Part shown: positions 37,480 to 49,581 of the stretch, piece by piece | How positions within the stretch are numbered: the first letter of the stretch is position 1 | Layout: every line of letters starts with the position of its first letter | NCBI RefSeq assembly: GCF_006345805.1 | Contig: NC_043010.1 | Span: forward strand, 16,740,001 to 16,804,000 | Length of the DNA: 64,000 bases | DNA from: Octopus sinensis | Lineage: Eukaryota | Direction: 5' to 3' | Notes under the pieces: generated by a model | What the model saw: only the letters and a program-made list of their open reading frames with translations | The model's database searches: none | What the model was told of the DNA's origin: nothing | Translations under genes and position numbers: made by a program

Positions 37480-37680
37480 CTTATTTTGGCACAAGACCAG
37501 CATTTTGGGGATGGGGCAAAGTCAATTACATTGACCTCAGTGAGTGACTGGTATTTTATTGACCCCGAAAGAATGAAAGGTAAAGCAGAATTTGAACTCA
37601 GAGTGTAAAGACAAGGGAAATACCGTGAAACATTCTGTCCAGTATGTGAATGGTTCTACTTGCTTCTTGCCTTTAATTTC
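37480..37680 (-). mobile_element. tRNA-derived SINE with a Deu/Nin-like domain, decayed
   Basis: gaccccgaaagaatgaaaggtaaagcagaatttgaactcagag matches the intact copy at 52597-52817. Confidence 0.7.
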
Positions 37681-39957
37681 AGTGTCTAATAATGAAAAAA
37701 GATACATAGGTGTGTGCTAGGTCACAACCTGCATATGTTATATGAGAGTCAGTGGAGTGTGACAGTGATGTGAAGTGTGCGCGTGTCTGTGTGTCCCCTT
37801 ACAAAATGTCATTATTATTCAGCCAGAGTTGTTTCTTCCAAGAGATGATGACAATGTTGTTTCAAATGAACAGGAATTGTTTGGGAGTTTAATTCTAGAC
37901 ACGCTTTGGGATTCTGTGGTAGGGGAGGAGGAAAAACGAGAGGGACGTAAGCAGAGGTGGGGTAGTTGCCATTTAATGATATTGAGAATATAATGATGAC
38001 TCACCACCACCACCACAACCACAGCCATCATTATTATTATCTTTATTCTATTTCATGAATGAGGTAATTAGACAATGAGAAATAGATAGATGCCAGTCGA
38101 GATGGGTGTCTACGCTAGGACAAAGGGGAAGCATAAGAGAAGGTTAATAACAGGCAGCCATAACCTGATTCACTGAGCATTACTACTGTCCCACCCACAT
38201 TCGAACTGTCCCACCCAGCTATCCTACCTTATTCTCCATAAAAAACAATTGTTATACAATAACACTACACAGACTGCAGAACCATCACCACAACAACAAC
38301 CACCAGTACCACCTCAATGCCATCCAAACATCCACCTGAACACACCACTTATCACATTCAAAGAACCCACCCTTCTGAAACAGCCACCCTCACCCAACAC
38401 TGAACCTTATACTTTACCCCCGCCCTCCTCCCTGCAATATCTGCCCCTCCACCCAATAATCATCCTCTACTGCCTCCCCCACTGCACTGTTAACAGTTAG
38501 TTCCTTGCTAATAGAGCTCTTCCTTACACTACCACAAACCAATATAAACAGCCCCCATACTGGAGCAATGAAGGAGGAGCCCGCTGACAGTTGCTTGACT
38601 TGCTAGAAATAGCATCCAAATTTCCCACAAATCACACATATTCTTGTCTTAAAAAGAAGTGCTTATCGGATAATGTAAAGTTGCTATAACTGGAAAAGAA
38701 AACAAAAAAAAACAGTTGGTCATGGCTAGGATGTCTTTGATCATGAGGGTGTCTTATTTAGGGATGACCATGGGTTAAACAACAATAACAAATCTTTATA
38801 CTTCTACATTACAATACACACACAAACACACTCACACACATTCACACACACACATGCACATACTCACTCACAAAACACACATGCACACACACACATGCGC
38901 ACACACTCACACGTGCATACACACACACACACGCATTCACACACACTCACACACATGCGCACGCACACTCACACACACACATGTACGCACAAGCACACAC
39001 ACTCACACACACACATGCACGCACAAGCACACACACATGCACACACAACTCCCAGATGATTTCAGCAACATTAAATCATTCCTCCAAAACCCCACCCCTA
39101 CCCAAATACCCTCATCAACGCAATTTCCCAGCCTCCTTCGAGCATCATTCTTGCACATACACACATACAAAACTATGTACACACTTATGAACAAACACTC
39201 ATACACACAAACACGCAAGCTCAGCCACACACACACTTATACGCATGCTTAGCTATATACACAACATATACACACACACACAGAATCACATTATATGCAC
39301 ACACACACATCTTTCGCACCCCAACAACTTCAATAAAAACAAAATCCCCATCAGAGCCAGCAGTTTGCTGATGTCTCTATCTTCTCCTCCTCCTCCTCCT
39401 CCACCACGACCACTGCCCTCACCACGACCACTGCCCTCACCACGACCACCGCCCATCATTGGTGCTGTCATCACCATCATCATTACCAACAACATAACCA
39501 CAAACAACCAATGCCCTCATCTCACAAATAGGAGAAACTCAATATGGCCCTTCACCTGCTAGAAATAGCAGCCAAATCTGCTTTAAACTAAACCTCCCCA
39601 TCTCTTGAAAAAGGAACAACATGCTGTTGAATCATGTTGGTCCTGGGCAGACATGATCAAAAGCATTCCAGCCAGGCTCAACCTGTTTGTTTTTCTCTTC
39701 TCCTATATACATACCATCGGTCGCCCACCCACCCACCCACCCACCACCACCACCACCACAACCATCGATCATAGACAGACACACAGACAGACGGGAAAAA
39801 TGCTAAGGTTGTCCAATGCTACTTAAGTTCATTTTGCAATAAAGTCTTTCAGTTTCAATCCCACAGCACAACACCTTGAGCAAGTATCTTCTTCCATTGC
39901 CTTCTATCGACTAATTCCTCATTAGTGAAATTTAGTCACTGTTCGAGAGTCACATGG

Positions 39958-39996
<39 letters not shown>

Positions 39997-40000
<4 letters not shown>

Positions 40001-40584
40001 AGGTCTGATGAAAAGGTGCCAAGACTGTTGCCATAGTAACAAAGCTAAAGCATGTAGAGTGAAGCTGCTTGGCACAGATTGACCTTGAACTCTGTCACAC
40101 GTGCAGACCAAGTGATAAAGTTGTTGCTCGCTTCCATTGTTTACAGCAGTGCTTGGAAGGAAGGTGTGTAGAGTGTGGTTGTCTCAAAAAGAAGATCGGG
40201 TCTCAGCTGCGCAGGGTCTCCATGATTGTGTCAAGGAAGATGAAAACTTTTTGAAAATGGTCATAGCATGTGACAAATCAGGGGGTCTATGGCTATGACC
40301 CTGAAATCAAGGGCCTGAAAGGAATCCCATATGGAAGAAACAACCTTTCAAGATGTTGTGGAAATCCAAGAGAATGCATTGAAGCAGCTGCTTGCTAGCC
40401 GCAAAAAGGATTCCCAGGAATGCTTCCATCAATGGAAATGGTTGAGACTGGATAAAGTGTGTGGCTTGAGAAGGGCGGGAGCAGGGGGGGGGGGTCTACT
40501 TCAAAGGAGACGAAATGCCAAACTGATGGGTTGTAGTTTTCTTTCTATTGCACCAGCCCTGATACTCTTTGAGCAGACCTTGTA
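39997..40584 (+). mobile_element. Internally deleted mariner, both ends present (same family as 29811-30669)
   Basis: 5' end gaggtctgatgaaaag...gactgttgccatagtaac; remnants DCVKEDENFLKMVIACD...YGYDPE and FQDVVEIQENALKQLLA...QECFHQWK; 3' end atactctttgagcagaccttgTA. Confidence 0.8.
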
Positions 40585-40664
40585 TGCATGCATTATGAAA
40601 TGTAATTATGTATGTAGACTACACACACACACACACACACACATGCACACATATTATATATAGA

Positions 40665-40825
40665 CATATAAAAGCTTCTTTCAGTTTCCACCCACCAAAT
40701 CCACTCACAAGGTTTCGGTCAGTCTGGGGCTATAGTAGAAGGCACTTGTCCAAGGTGCTGTGGAATGGAACTGAACCTAAAACCATGAGGCTGCAAAGTG
40801 AGGTTCTTAACCACATAGCCCCATG
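40665..40825 (-). mobile_element. CORE-type SINE
   Basis: ttcagtttccacccaccaaatccactcacaagg...cacttgtccaaggtgc...gttcttaaccacatagcc. Confidence 0.75.
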
Positions 40826-42155
40826 CCTGTTGAAATTTTCCACAGAAATTTTCCAAAATTTCTCCCGTTGGTTTCAGTAAATTCCTTATTTTGGTAAATC
40901 ATGCCAGAGTTTCAGTTGAGGGAGGAAATTGATTCCATTGTTGCTATTTTGGTATTTATGACAGTTTTTGTAATCGTGGCCATCAAGGCTTGTTATTGTT
41001 TATCTTGGTATATGGGAAAATGTTCAACACCTTCATAGATTTATTTTCATGAAATATATTCATTATAAATAAGTGACCAGCAAGTTAGTCAAATTTCTAA
41101 CAGTTTTTACCTTTCCTCGGTAAAATAGCAAAGTTAAGGCTGATTCCAGGGGAGAAAAGGCAGAACTAGGACCAGATAACTTTGTTTTTGGCATCACCTT
41201 TCAGAGGAAATGAGTGGTATTGAGAGGAAGAAACCATGACTGATAGGTTATTCTCAGATCAGGTACATGAGGCAAGTGGTGGCATAAAGCCAGACAATGG
41301 ATTAAGTAGCCCACCCCAACCAATTTATGTTGCTAAAACACAGGAGAAACACACTGAATATCACAGTTCATATAGCTTTCTATTTAAAAACATCAATAAA
41401 TTTTATTTCACGATTGATGAAATATTTCTCATTATGAATAATGAAAAAAAAAAAATGTAAACATTTGGTGATTAATACATGACTGACCATAATAAATAAA
41501 ACTTAAAACCTTTATTACTTTCAGTTCAATATCACTTTGATTCTGTTCATAGATCTTCAGCTCTATTGTTTTTTTTTTGTGGTGGTGGTCGTGGTTGGTG
41601 ATCTTCATTCAACTCTATTGGTTTTTTTTGTTTATTAGGATTGTGTCCTTTACAAACTTTGCCAAAATTTCAACAGTAAACTCATTCTGAGAATGATGCC
41701 ATTTAATGTGCTAAATCTAAACCATGTAATATACATTCCTGTCTCACCAATCCTCCTCCCAAACATGATGAATAGGGCAACTAAGCTCCTTAATAGGGTC
41801 CATCGAACAAACTGTTATGTCTTTGGGGGTTTGAATATCTCTTCGTCAATAATGTTATGATGATGTTGGGATGTGCACAAGGGTATAGGAATGGGGTCGC
41901 TCAAATAAACATTCAGATAGGGTTATCTAGAATAACCTTTTGCAGAATTATGTTCACACAGAATGTGCTCTGCACTGCACCAGACGTAGATACAATATTC
42001 TTTTCTACTCTAGGCACAAGGTCTGAAATTTTGAGGGAGGGGCCCAGTCGATTAGATTGATGCCAGTAAACCGGTACTTAATTTATCAACCCCAAAAAGA
42101 TGAAAGGAAACATAGGTATGATATTAAACTAACACAATCCAATACAAACAATCAA

Positions 42156-42250
42156 CACTGTCAACTGCCCACTGTCAATTGCTGACTGTCAACTGCTGAC
42201 TGTCAACTGCTGACTGTCAACTGCTGACTGTCAACTGCCCACTGTCAACT
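42156..42250. repeat. 14-bp minisatellite (ACTGTCAACTGCTG), about 7 units
   Basis: Read directly; the first and last units carry a 'ccc' variant. Confidence 0.9.
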
Positions 42251-43642
42251 CGACAGTTCTTTATTTCATTGAAATGCGTCAGTCCACTTTTAGTCACATG
42301 GAGGTGGTCAGGATCCTTCCACAACACAAACACTAAATCCTAATATACAAAAACTACTTCTCTCTTTCTGATGTGATTTTGTTTGTTGCTTTTTGTTTTC
42401 AGCTGCTGTTCATGAAAATTGGAACTGAAGAAAGTTCTGAGACTAGGAAGACATTTTATCTGGTGATCAACTTAGGAGATTAATGAAAACAAACAAAGAA
42501 TCTGTCCTTTGGCCACAACGTCCACCAGGTATAAATCCTAGCCTCCCAACCATAACATAACCCCTTATCATACAACAGACAACGGTGAATGGAGAGTAAC
42601 CTCTTTCATCGTAACATGTAGCCAAGCCATGTTACAATGGAGTCTCATGGACTGGATGTGGAACCTGTGATGCTGGGGGATGATAACGATGATCCAAAGA
42701 TCTCAATGGAATTTATTAGTCAATAGATGCCCTGTTTTTTTTTTTGTGAATTTTTTTACAAGCTAAGGATCATTTAATTAAAGGAAATTAATTTAAACTT
42801 AATTCCCCCACTAAGCTAACTGACCGAAATACTCGTTAAGGTTTTGTGTGGGTTCTCTCATTCAGTTTTTTTTCATAATTATTTTTTTTTATCATTTTGT
42901 TGGTGGTGAGGGTGGGTGGAGACAGCAGGGAATTTCAAAAGTCGTTCTTGAAGCTAATTCTACATTCCCCCCCCACCACCATCATAACTGCAAGGGGGAG
43001 GTGGAGGAGGGGGGGCTTTACTTCATTCTGAAATGTTGCTATTGTTGGTGTTGTTGTTGGTGGTGGTGGTGGTGATGTTGGTGTTAATGAAGCTATATTT
43101 GTTATTGGAGGGGGGTGGTTAGTATTGGGGAGGGGATTTGTTAAAGTCTCTCATAATGTTTGTATTATTCACTTGTTTAGCGATGGAGGGGGGAGGAGGG
43201 GGTGGACTGCAGTTATGTTTGCATTCTGACAAAACTATTTTCACTGTTATTATCATCATCATCATCACCATCATAATCTTCATTGTTGTTGCTATTGTTA
43301 TCGTAGTTGTTGAGGTAATTATAGAGTTCGATAGAGAATATCAATGATGGGCATGGGGGGAGGGCGAGTGCGGCGGCGGCGGAGGGGGGAGGAGGAGGGA
43401 GAAGTGTGACTTCATGGTAGAAATATGTGAATAGTTCACCACCACCACCACTACCACCAACCACCGCCACCACCACCACCATCGTCACTACCGCCACCAC
43501 CTTCTAACATGTTTTAGTGATTAGGTCAGTATAGTACACTTGTGTGTGTAGATGCTTGTGTGTCTGTGGTGTGTATATGTTTGTGTGTGCAAGAGTGCAT
43601 GTGTATGCTTGTGTGGTTGTGTCCATATGTATAGTTTCACAT

Positions 43643-43693
<51 letters not shown>

Positions 43694-43863
43694 AATACAC
43701 ACATATATATAACTATAGACTTGCATGCGTGTGTTGCTATATGCTTGTGTGTATGCATATATGCATGTGTGCATGCACATGTCTGTGTGTGTGTGTGTGT
43801 GTGCAAATTTGAGACAAATTTAGAATAATTGTAGAGGTTCGTTTAGCACAGGTAGTGGTTGTG

Positions 43864-43894
<31 letters not shown>

Positions 43895-44409
43895 GGTGGT
43901 GGTAGTGCTGGTGTTGGTGGTAGCGGTGGTGGTAGTAGTGATGTTGTGTTTGGTTCATTTCTGATTAAATATATGCTGAAAAGCATAAAAAAGAAGAATT
44001 TTAAAGAATTGTTGAAATTGAACCTGTGACATTGCAAAATAATTTTCTTTTTCAGATTTAAAATTTCTTTCTATGGCATTTGACTGTTTTCTAAGCATAT
44101 TCCTAAAAATATACACCTATCTTTCAATTAATTTTAAAAACAATTAAAAAGTTAAAAGAATTTAGTAAAAGGATTAAGTTTTCATTATTATCATCTGATT
44201 CTTGGAATATAAAAGGTTTTTCCTCAAATTCTATAAAATAATAACCACAACTTTATTGCATACAACGCTCAGACAGAAGCTTTTCATTTCAATCAGAACA
44301 GTTTATGAAAGTTTTAAAGTGTTTACATTTAACAAAAGCCAAGCTGGAGTACCCTGCTTGTGCTCCTTTGTTGTGTAACATTGTCACTTATATATACAAA
44401 AGTCGTTCT

Positions 44410-44645
44410 TGAAGCCGGCGGCACGTAAAAAGCACCAACTGATCGTGGCCATTTGCCAGCCTCATCTGGCACGTAAAAAGCACCCACTACACTCAAGGAG
44501 TGGTTGGCGTTAGGAAGGGCATCCAGCTGTAGAAACACTGCCAGATCAGACTGGGCCTGGTGCAGCCTTCTGGCTTCCCAGACCCCAGTTGAACCATCCA
44601 ACCCATGCTAGCATGGAAAGCGGATGTTAAACGATGATGATGATG
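44410..44645 (+). mobile_element. RTE 3'UTR/tail repeat
   Basis: ggcacgtaaaaagcacc occurs twice, then ggcgttaggaagggcatccagctgtagaaac and a (GAT)n tail. Confidence 0.85.
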
Positions 44646-45939
44646 ATATACACTTTTCTCAGACAATTTAGCAATAGCTGACTCCATCCAAAGAGGCTGA
44701 ACGATGAGGATGAAGTCGTTAGGTGTAACACAAGAGCACTGTCAAACTGATGAGTGCTCTGTTAGTTCAGAGCGATAAGCTTCTAGATAGATATACACAC
44801 ATATCTGTTTATTCATTTTTAACTGATTTCAATCATTGCATAACGGCCATACTGGGGCATTACCTTCAAGGGTTTCCTTCATCATTTATATTGCATCGAT
44901 ACTGTTATTTTATCTGGTACTCTTTCCATGAAGTTCAGTCACAAACTGGGTTATGTATCCCTTAAGAAAATCCTTTAGCAACATGAACACCTCAACACAC
45001 ACACACACGCTTGGATACCATTTTCAGATTACCTCTAATCACATTAGTACCAGCACCATTCCACGGCACCGCTGAATTGTCGCAAGTTTAATCTTTAGGT
45101 TCTGAACCAGAGTCCTTGCACTAATAAATCGTTAGTTATCAGAGTGGACTTGAGTTGGTCATCATTTATTTTTGGCTTCCAACAAATAAGAACGTGCTTT
45201 TAAGCAAATGGTTTTTTAAATAGAATTGTTTGACCAAGAGAATGGTAATTTCCAGACTTCAAAACTATGGAAGATATCGAATCTGATATTTCATAGATTG
45301 CCCCTTAAGTTCTACATCACACATCTTCTAAGGTTTCTGTTTAAAAGGTCAATTTGGAAGAGCTTCAAGGGGTCCTTTGTGTGTTTTTATAAGCTCGTAT
45401 TGGGATCATGCAATTCCTTTGCAAGTTGCTTGTCCAAAATTCCTATACAGTGACGAAGCTGCAGTTCAAAGCTTATTGGAAATGTTAACATTTGTTATTT
45501 TGGTTTTTCTCTTTTACATTAAGAATAGCTCAGAGGAATTAATCGATATTGATCAAAGAATATCATTCTGTGAACAATTTATAAATGTTTTCACGATGCT
45601 GTTCAGTTTGTTCCCCCCCCCCCCCCCGCCATCTATCACCCACTCCTGCCCCTAGCCCCATCCCATTAGACACTGGTAATTTTGTTCACCATACTAATTG
45701 GTCTTGAAACTTAATTGCATTAGTCACAATTCTTTATTACATATTGATACATATGCTGTACCAACAGGCATAATGTGAATATTATTGAGATATAAACACA
45801 CATACACACACACACACACATGAGGTTGGCAAGTATGTTTCAATATGATATTCTATAATATCCATTATACCTGAGCAGGTTCAGTAGCTATAGAGATACA
45901 CATTGTAAGTGATATATACATATATATGTGTAAGTTCGT

Positions 45940-46295
45940 CAACATCAAAAATTCGAATGGTAATTGTAGTTAAGACACCCGTGCTGGTGACACGTAAAAG
46001 CACCGTTCGAGCGTGGCAGATACTAGCGTCGCCTGATTGGCGTCCATGTCAGTGACAGGTAAAAGCACCAACCGATCGTGGCCGTTTGCCAGCCTGCTCT
46101 GGCTCCTGTGCCAGTGGCACGTAAAAAACGTCCACTACACACATGGTGTGGTTGGCGTTAGGAAGAGCATCCAGCTCTAGAAACACTGCCAAATCCGACT
46201 GGAGCCTGGTCCAGCCTCCATGGCTTACCAGACCCCAGTCAAACCGTCCAACCCGTACTAGCATGGAAAACGGACGTTAAATGATGATGATGATG
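45940..46295 (+). mobile_element. RTE 3'UTR/tail repeat
   Basis: Same blocks with three internal 'cacgtaaaagcacc'-like subrepeats and a (GAT)n tail. Confidence 0.85.
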
Positions 46296-46422
46296 ATATA
46301 TATATATATTGTATACCACATACCTCAATACATAAGACATGACCCAATACAAACAAGACACATATTGTACTTCCCTCAACTGGAGACAGGCAGACAGACA
46401 AACAGATAAGTAGATACATAAA

Positions 46423-46820
46423 TCTTTATATATAAAAGTCAAGTTATGTGTCTGTCTCCTACGATTTAGATTCCTAACTACTCCCACATTTTGCGGTGCA
46501 GTGTAACCAAAAGTGGGTATCTTATAGTCGTGATTCATATCAAGCCCTTCTGGGTATTAGCGCGCGTCTACGATGAGTCTACGATTTTAAAAATAATTTA
46601 CAATCTTTTTTTTTACATTTTAATGCATTTTTTCGCTATTATATAAGGGAAGTAACTCTCTAAAATGTCTACGATGAGTCAACGATTTAAAAAAAATTTA
46701 CCATAATTTTTTTACATTTTAATGCATTTTTTTTTGCTATTTTTTTGGCTATAACTCTCTAAAAATGCTTATATAGTTATTTCCCTTACAAACCCGAGCA
46801 ACGCCGGGCGATACTGCTAG
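46423..46820 (+). mobile_element. Non-autonomous Helitron, complete
   Basis: A|TCTTTATATATAAAAG at the 5' end; subterminal hairpin cccgagcaacgccggg; CTAG|T at the 3' end; no TSD; internal ~110-bp tandem duplication (tctacgatgagtc...). Confidence 0.9.
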
Positions 46821-47094
46821 TATACAATATAATTGAAATGGTCCAATACCTCTCATTTAGATACCAGAATTGAACTGGCTCAATTACTGATTTATAACAC
46901 AGACACACACATACTCATAACTGCACTAGTCTAATATACATCATATAGATACATACAACATACAAAACCAATATGTACCATACAGATACACATTATACCT
47001 CATCTGAGAACACTACAATATACTCTTCAGTCTCACCTCCATTTGCACAATATATATATATATATATATATAATATATATGTGTGTGCATATAA

Positions 47095-47460
47095 GGCGTA
47101 GGTAGAAACTCTATAAGATGTACCCAGTGTAAGCTATGGATGCATAAGAGGTGCAGCAATATCAAAGGAAGGCTAACTGGGAAGATAGTTTTTGTATGTG
47201 GCAGATGCTCAGGAGCAACAAATACTGAAAATGTACAGAGAACAACTTCCGCCACATTCCAGGGAGAAAAACTAGAAGTAGTTGATAGCTTCCGTTACCT
47301 AGGTGACCGAGTCAGTAGTGGGGGAGGGTGCGCTGAAAGTGTAGCTGCTAGAATAAGAATAGCCTTGGCAAAGTTCAGAGAGCTAGTGACAAAAGGCCTC
47401 TCGCTCAGAGTAAAAGGTAGACTGTATGGCGCATGTGTACGAACAGCCATGCTACATGGG
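47095..47460 (+). mobile_element. RTE LINE RT C-terminal fragment
   Basis: ORF 47140..: HKRCSNIKGRLTGKIVFVCGRC...LEVVDSFRYLGDRVSSGGGCAESVAARIRIALAKFREL.TKGLSLRVKGRLYGACVRTAMLHG. Confidence 0.9.
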
Positions 47461-47847
47461 CCGTGTCTGCTGAGGACAAAATCTGCTTCTAAGATGCTGG
47501 TGAAGCAGCAGAAACGACTCCACCTGTTAATCACTCAGGACATGATGGCCTGTGTAAACCATGACCCAGACTTCATGAAGACCACCAACACTGGCGATGA
47601 GACATGGGATTATTGTCTCTGCTCAATGTGTTTGGTCATCTTGCATGGGAATAAAAATCTGACATGTGTGCACTACATGTCTTTAATCTCGGCATAATAG
47701 CTGGAATCTGATGTGGCCTCTTGGTGTAAAAGTTTTCACACAAGCACAGGAAGGGTGGTGTCACCTTCCACTGAAAGGATTTTGCCCACACACCATTAGT
47801 TTTGGCAGGAAAAAAATTAGTCGGATACTTTCTGAACACACCTCGTA
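47461..47847 (+). mobile_element. Mariner fragment (internally deleted 3' part) with its 3' TIR
   Basis: SASKMLVKQQKRLHLLITQDMMACVNHDPDFMKTTNTGDETW (GDETW catalytic motif); ends agtcggatactttctgaacacacctcgTA. Confidence 0.8.
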
Positions 47848-48029
47848 TGTAAAATTTCTCTCCTCATGTACTGCACCCGACTCTCTCTCCTCCTCCTCTC
47901 CTGTAGCATAACCTATCCATATGTCCTCTCGTTTACTCTCTCCTATCACCATTACTATCGCCACCCCAACTTTCTTTCTGATATCTTAACTTTAATCTGC
48001 TAAGAGATGAGAGTAAAGATTTCAAGGCT

Positions 48030-48240
48030 TGCAAGCTGCATGATAACCTCACTAGCGCTGGTGCCACAAGAAATCACTCAGCACACACTGTAAAGTGGTT
48101 GGCATTAGGTAGGGGTATCCAGCAGTTGAAACTATGCTGAAGCTGACATTGGAGCACAATGCAGTCCTAGGACCCATTGGATCCTGTCAAACTGTCCAAC
48201 CCTTGCCAACGTGAAATATGGACTTTAAATGATGGCGATT
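48030..48240 (+). mobile_element. RTE 3'UTR/tail repeat, decayed
   Basis: gtggttggcattaggtaggggtatccagc...gtcaaactgtccaacccttgcc...ttaaatgatg. Confidence 0.65.
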
Positions 48241-48949
48241 ACACACACAAACACACACACACACACTACATTAGAGTAGTTGAAGCGGCTTCATGTTTGC
48301 CATTCATTTATTATTTGTTCTCCATTAAAGAAAAACTACAAAAAAGTACCAAATAATATATCCGAGTATTTTTATGTCCCATAAAGTACACCCAACTTTC
48401 TAAAATCCTTGATAAGGCACCCTGTGTTTCACTTGGCCTGCAGTGAGGACATTCTAACGGTGACCAACACTGATTGTTGTCTACATTTCTGTGTTTCATA
48501 ATGCCTAACATTTAAAATGCTGATGGTCTAAGTTGGTAAATAAGATGTACATCTCAAAGATGTACATCTCAGAAAGTATGGAATGGTAAGAATTACAGAG
48601 TTGACAAAATGGTGTAAATAAATTTGCTGTGAAGGAAGAGGAGAAACCTGATGTCTTGGACAGGGACACTTTGTGTGTGGGGGGAAATAGCTAATACAAC
48701 GATTCTATGGATGGATGGGTGGATGGCAATGATGGGGAGGTGGGGGATACGTAAGTGATATGTGTTGGGAGGTGTTGTGTGGGTATGTGTATTCATGGAC
48801 TATGCACACACATTACAAATACACACAGACACCTGTATTTAAAAGATTAAACAACAAAGAGAAAGAGTGACAACAACAGAGAGAGAGAGAGAAATCATTC
48901 CAGTTTTATTGTTCCTAAGATAGAAACATTACAAAGATAGTCATGCCCT

Positions 48950-49275
48950 CAACCACCACCACTACCACTACCACCACTACCACTACCACCACCACCACCA
49001 CTACTACCACCAACACCACCACTACAACCACACAAACCACCATCACCACCACCACCACCAAGACTGCTACAACCACAAACCACCACCACCACCACCACTA
49101 CAACCACACAAACCACCATCACCACCACCACCACTACAACCAATACTATACAATCAAGGGCTGAACTGAGATTAAACAACAACAACCACCACACAACTAC
49201 CTGCCTGCACCATCACCACTAACACCAATACTATAAAGCACAGCCACCACCACCACCACCACCACCACCACCACA
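48950..49275. repeat. (ACC/ACT)n trinucleotide low-complexity tract
   Basis: Read directly; it explains the poly-Thr/His ORF 48943..49164. Confidence 0.95.
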
Positions 49276-49581
49276 CTGACTCAGATCCTAATTCCACAAC
49301 TGAAAGACAAATATTTTTATTAAACGTCATTCCGTATTAATGGAATAGTTAATGACTGCTTTCAATGTTGCCCAAACTGCATTCGGTGCAAGCAGCCATG
49401 TGCAAACATTGCAAACATTGCGAGTGACTCTGTCCTCACTGCACAAGTGACTGCGTCCATTTACCTTTGCCTCATACCTCTGATGTGTGTGCGTGTGTGT
49501 CTGTGGATACATGTGTGTGTGTGTGTACATACACACAGACACACACAGAAAGAAAGAGTGAGATAGATTGATTTTGTACAA

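Noticed and set aside
44500-44535. ggcgttaggaagggcatccagctgtagaaac block in the RTE tail as part of a twister or HDV-like ribozyme
   Set aside because: From recall this block neighbours twister motifs in some RTEs, but I see no twister core (cccaagccc-type) or HDV nested pseudoknot in any copy here.
44730-44785. CTGATGAG followed by hairpin gctctg/cagagc
   Set aside because: It is followed by GATAAG instead of GAAA and has no stems I or III, so it is likely chance.
48943-49194. Mucin-like poly-Thr/His ORF
   Set aside because: It is a pure (ACC/ACT)n tract with no splice or signal context.
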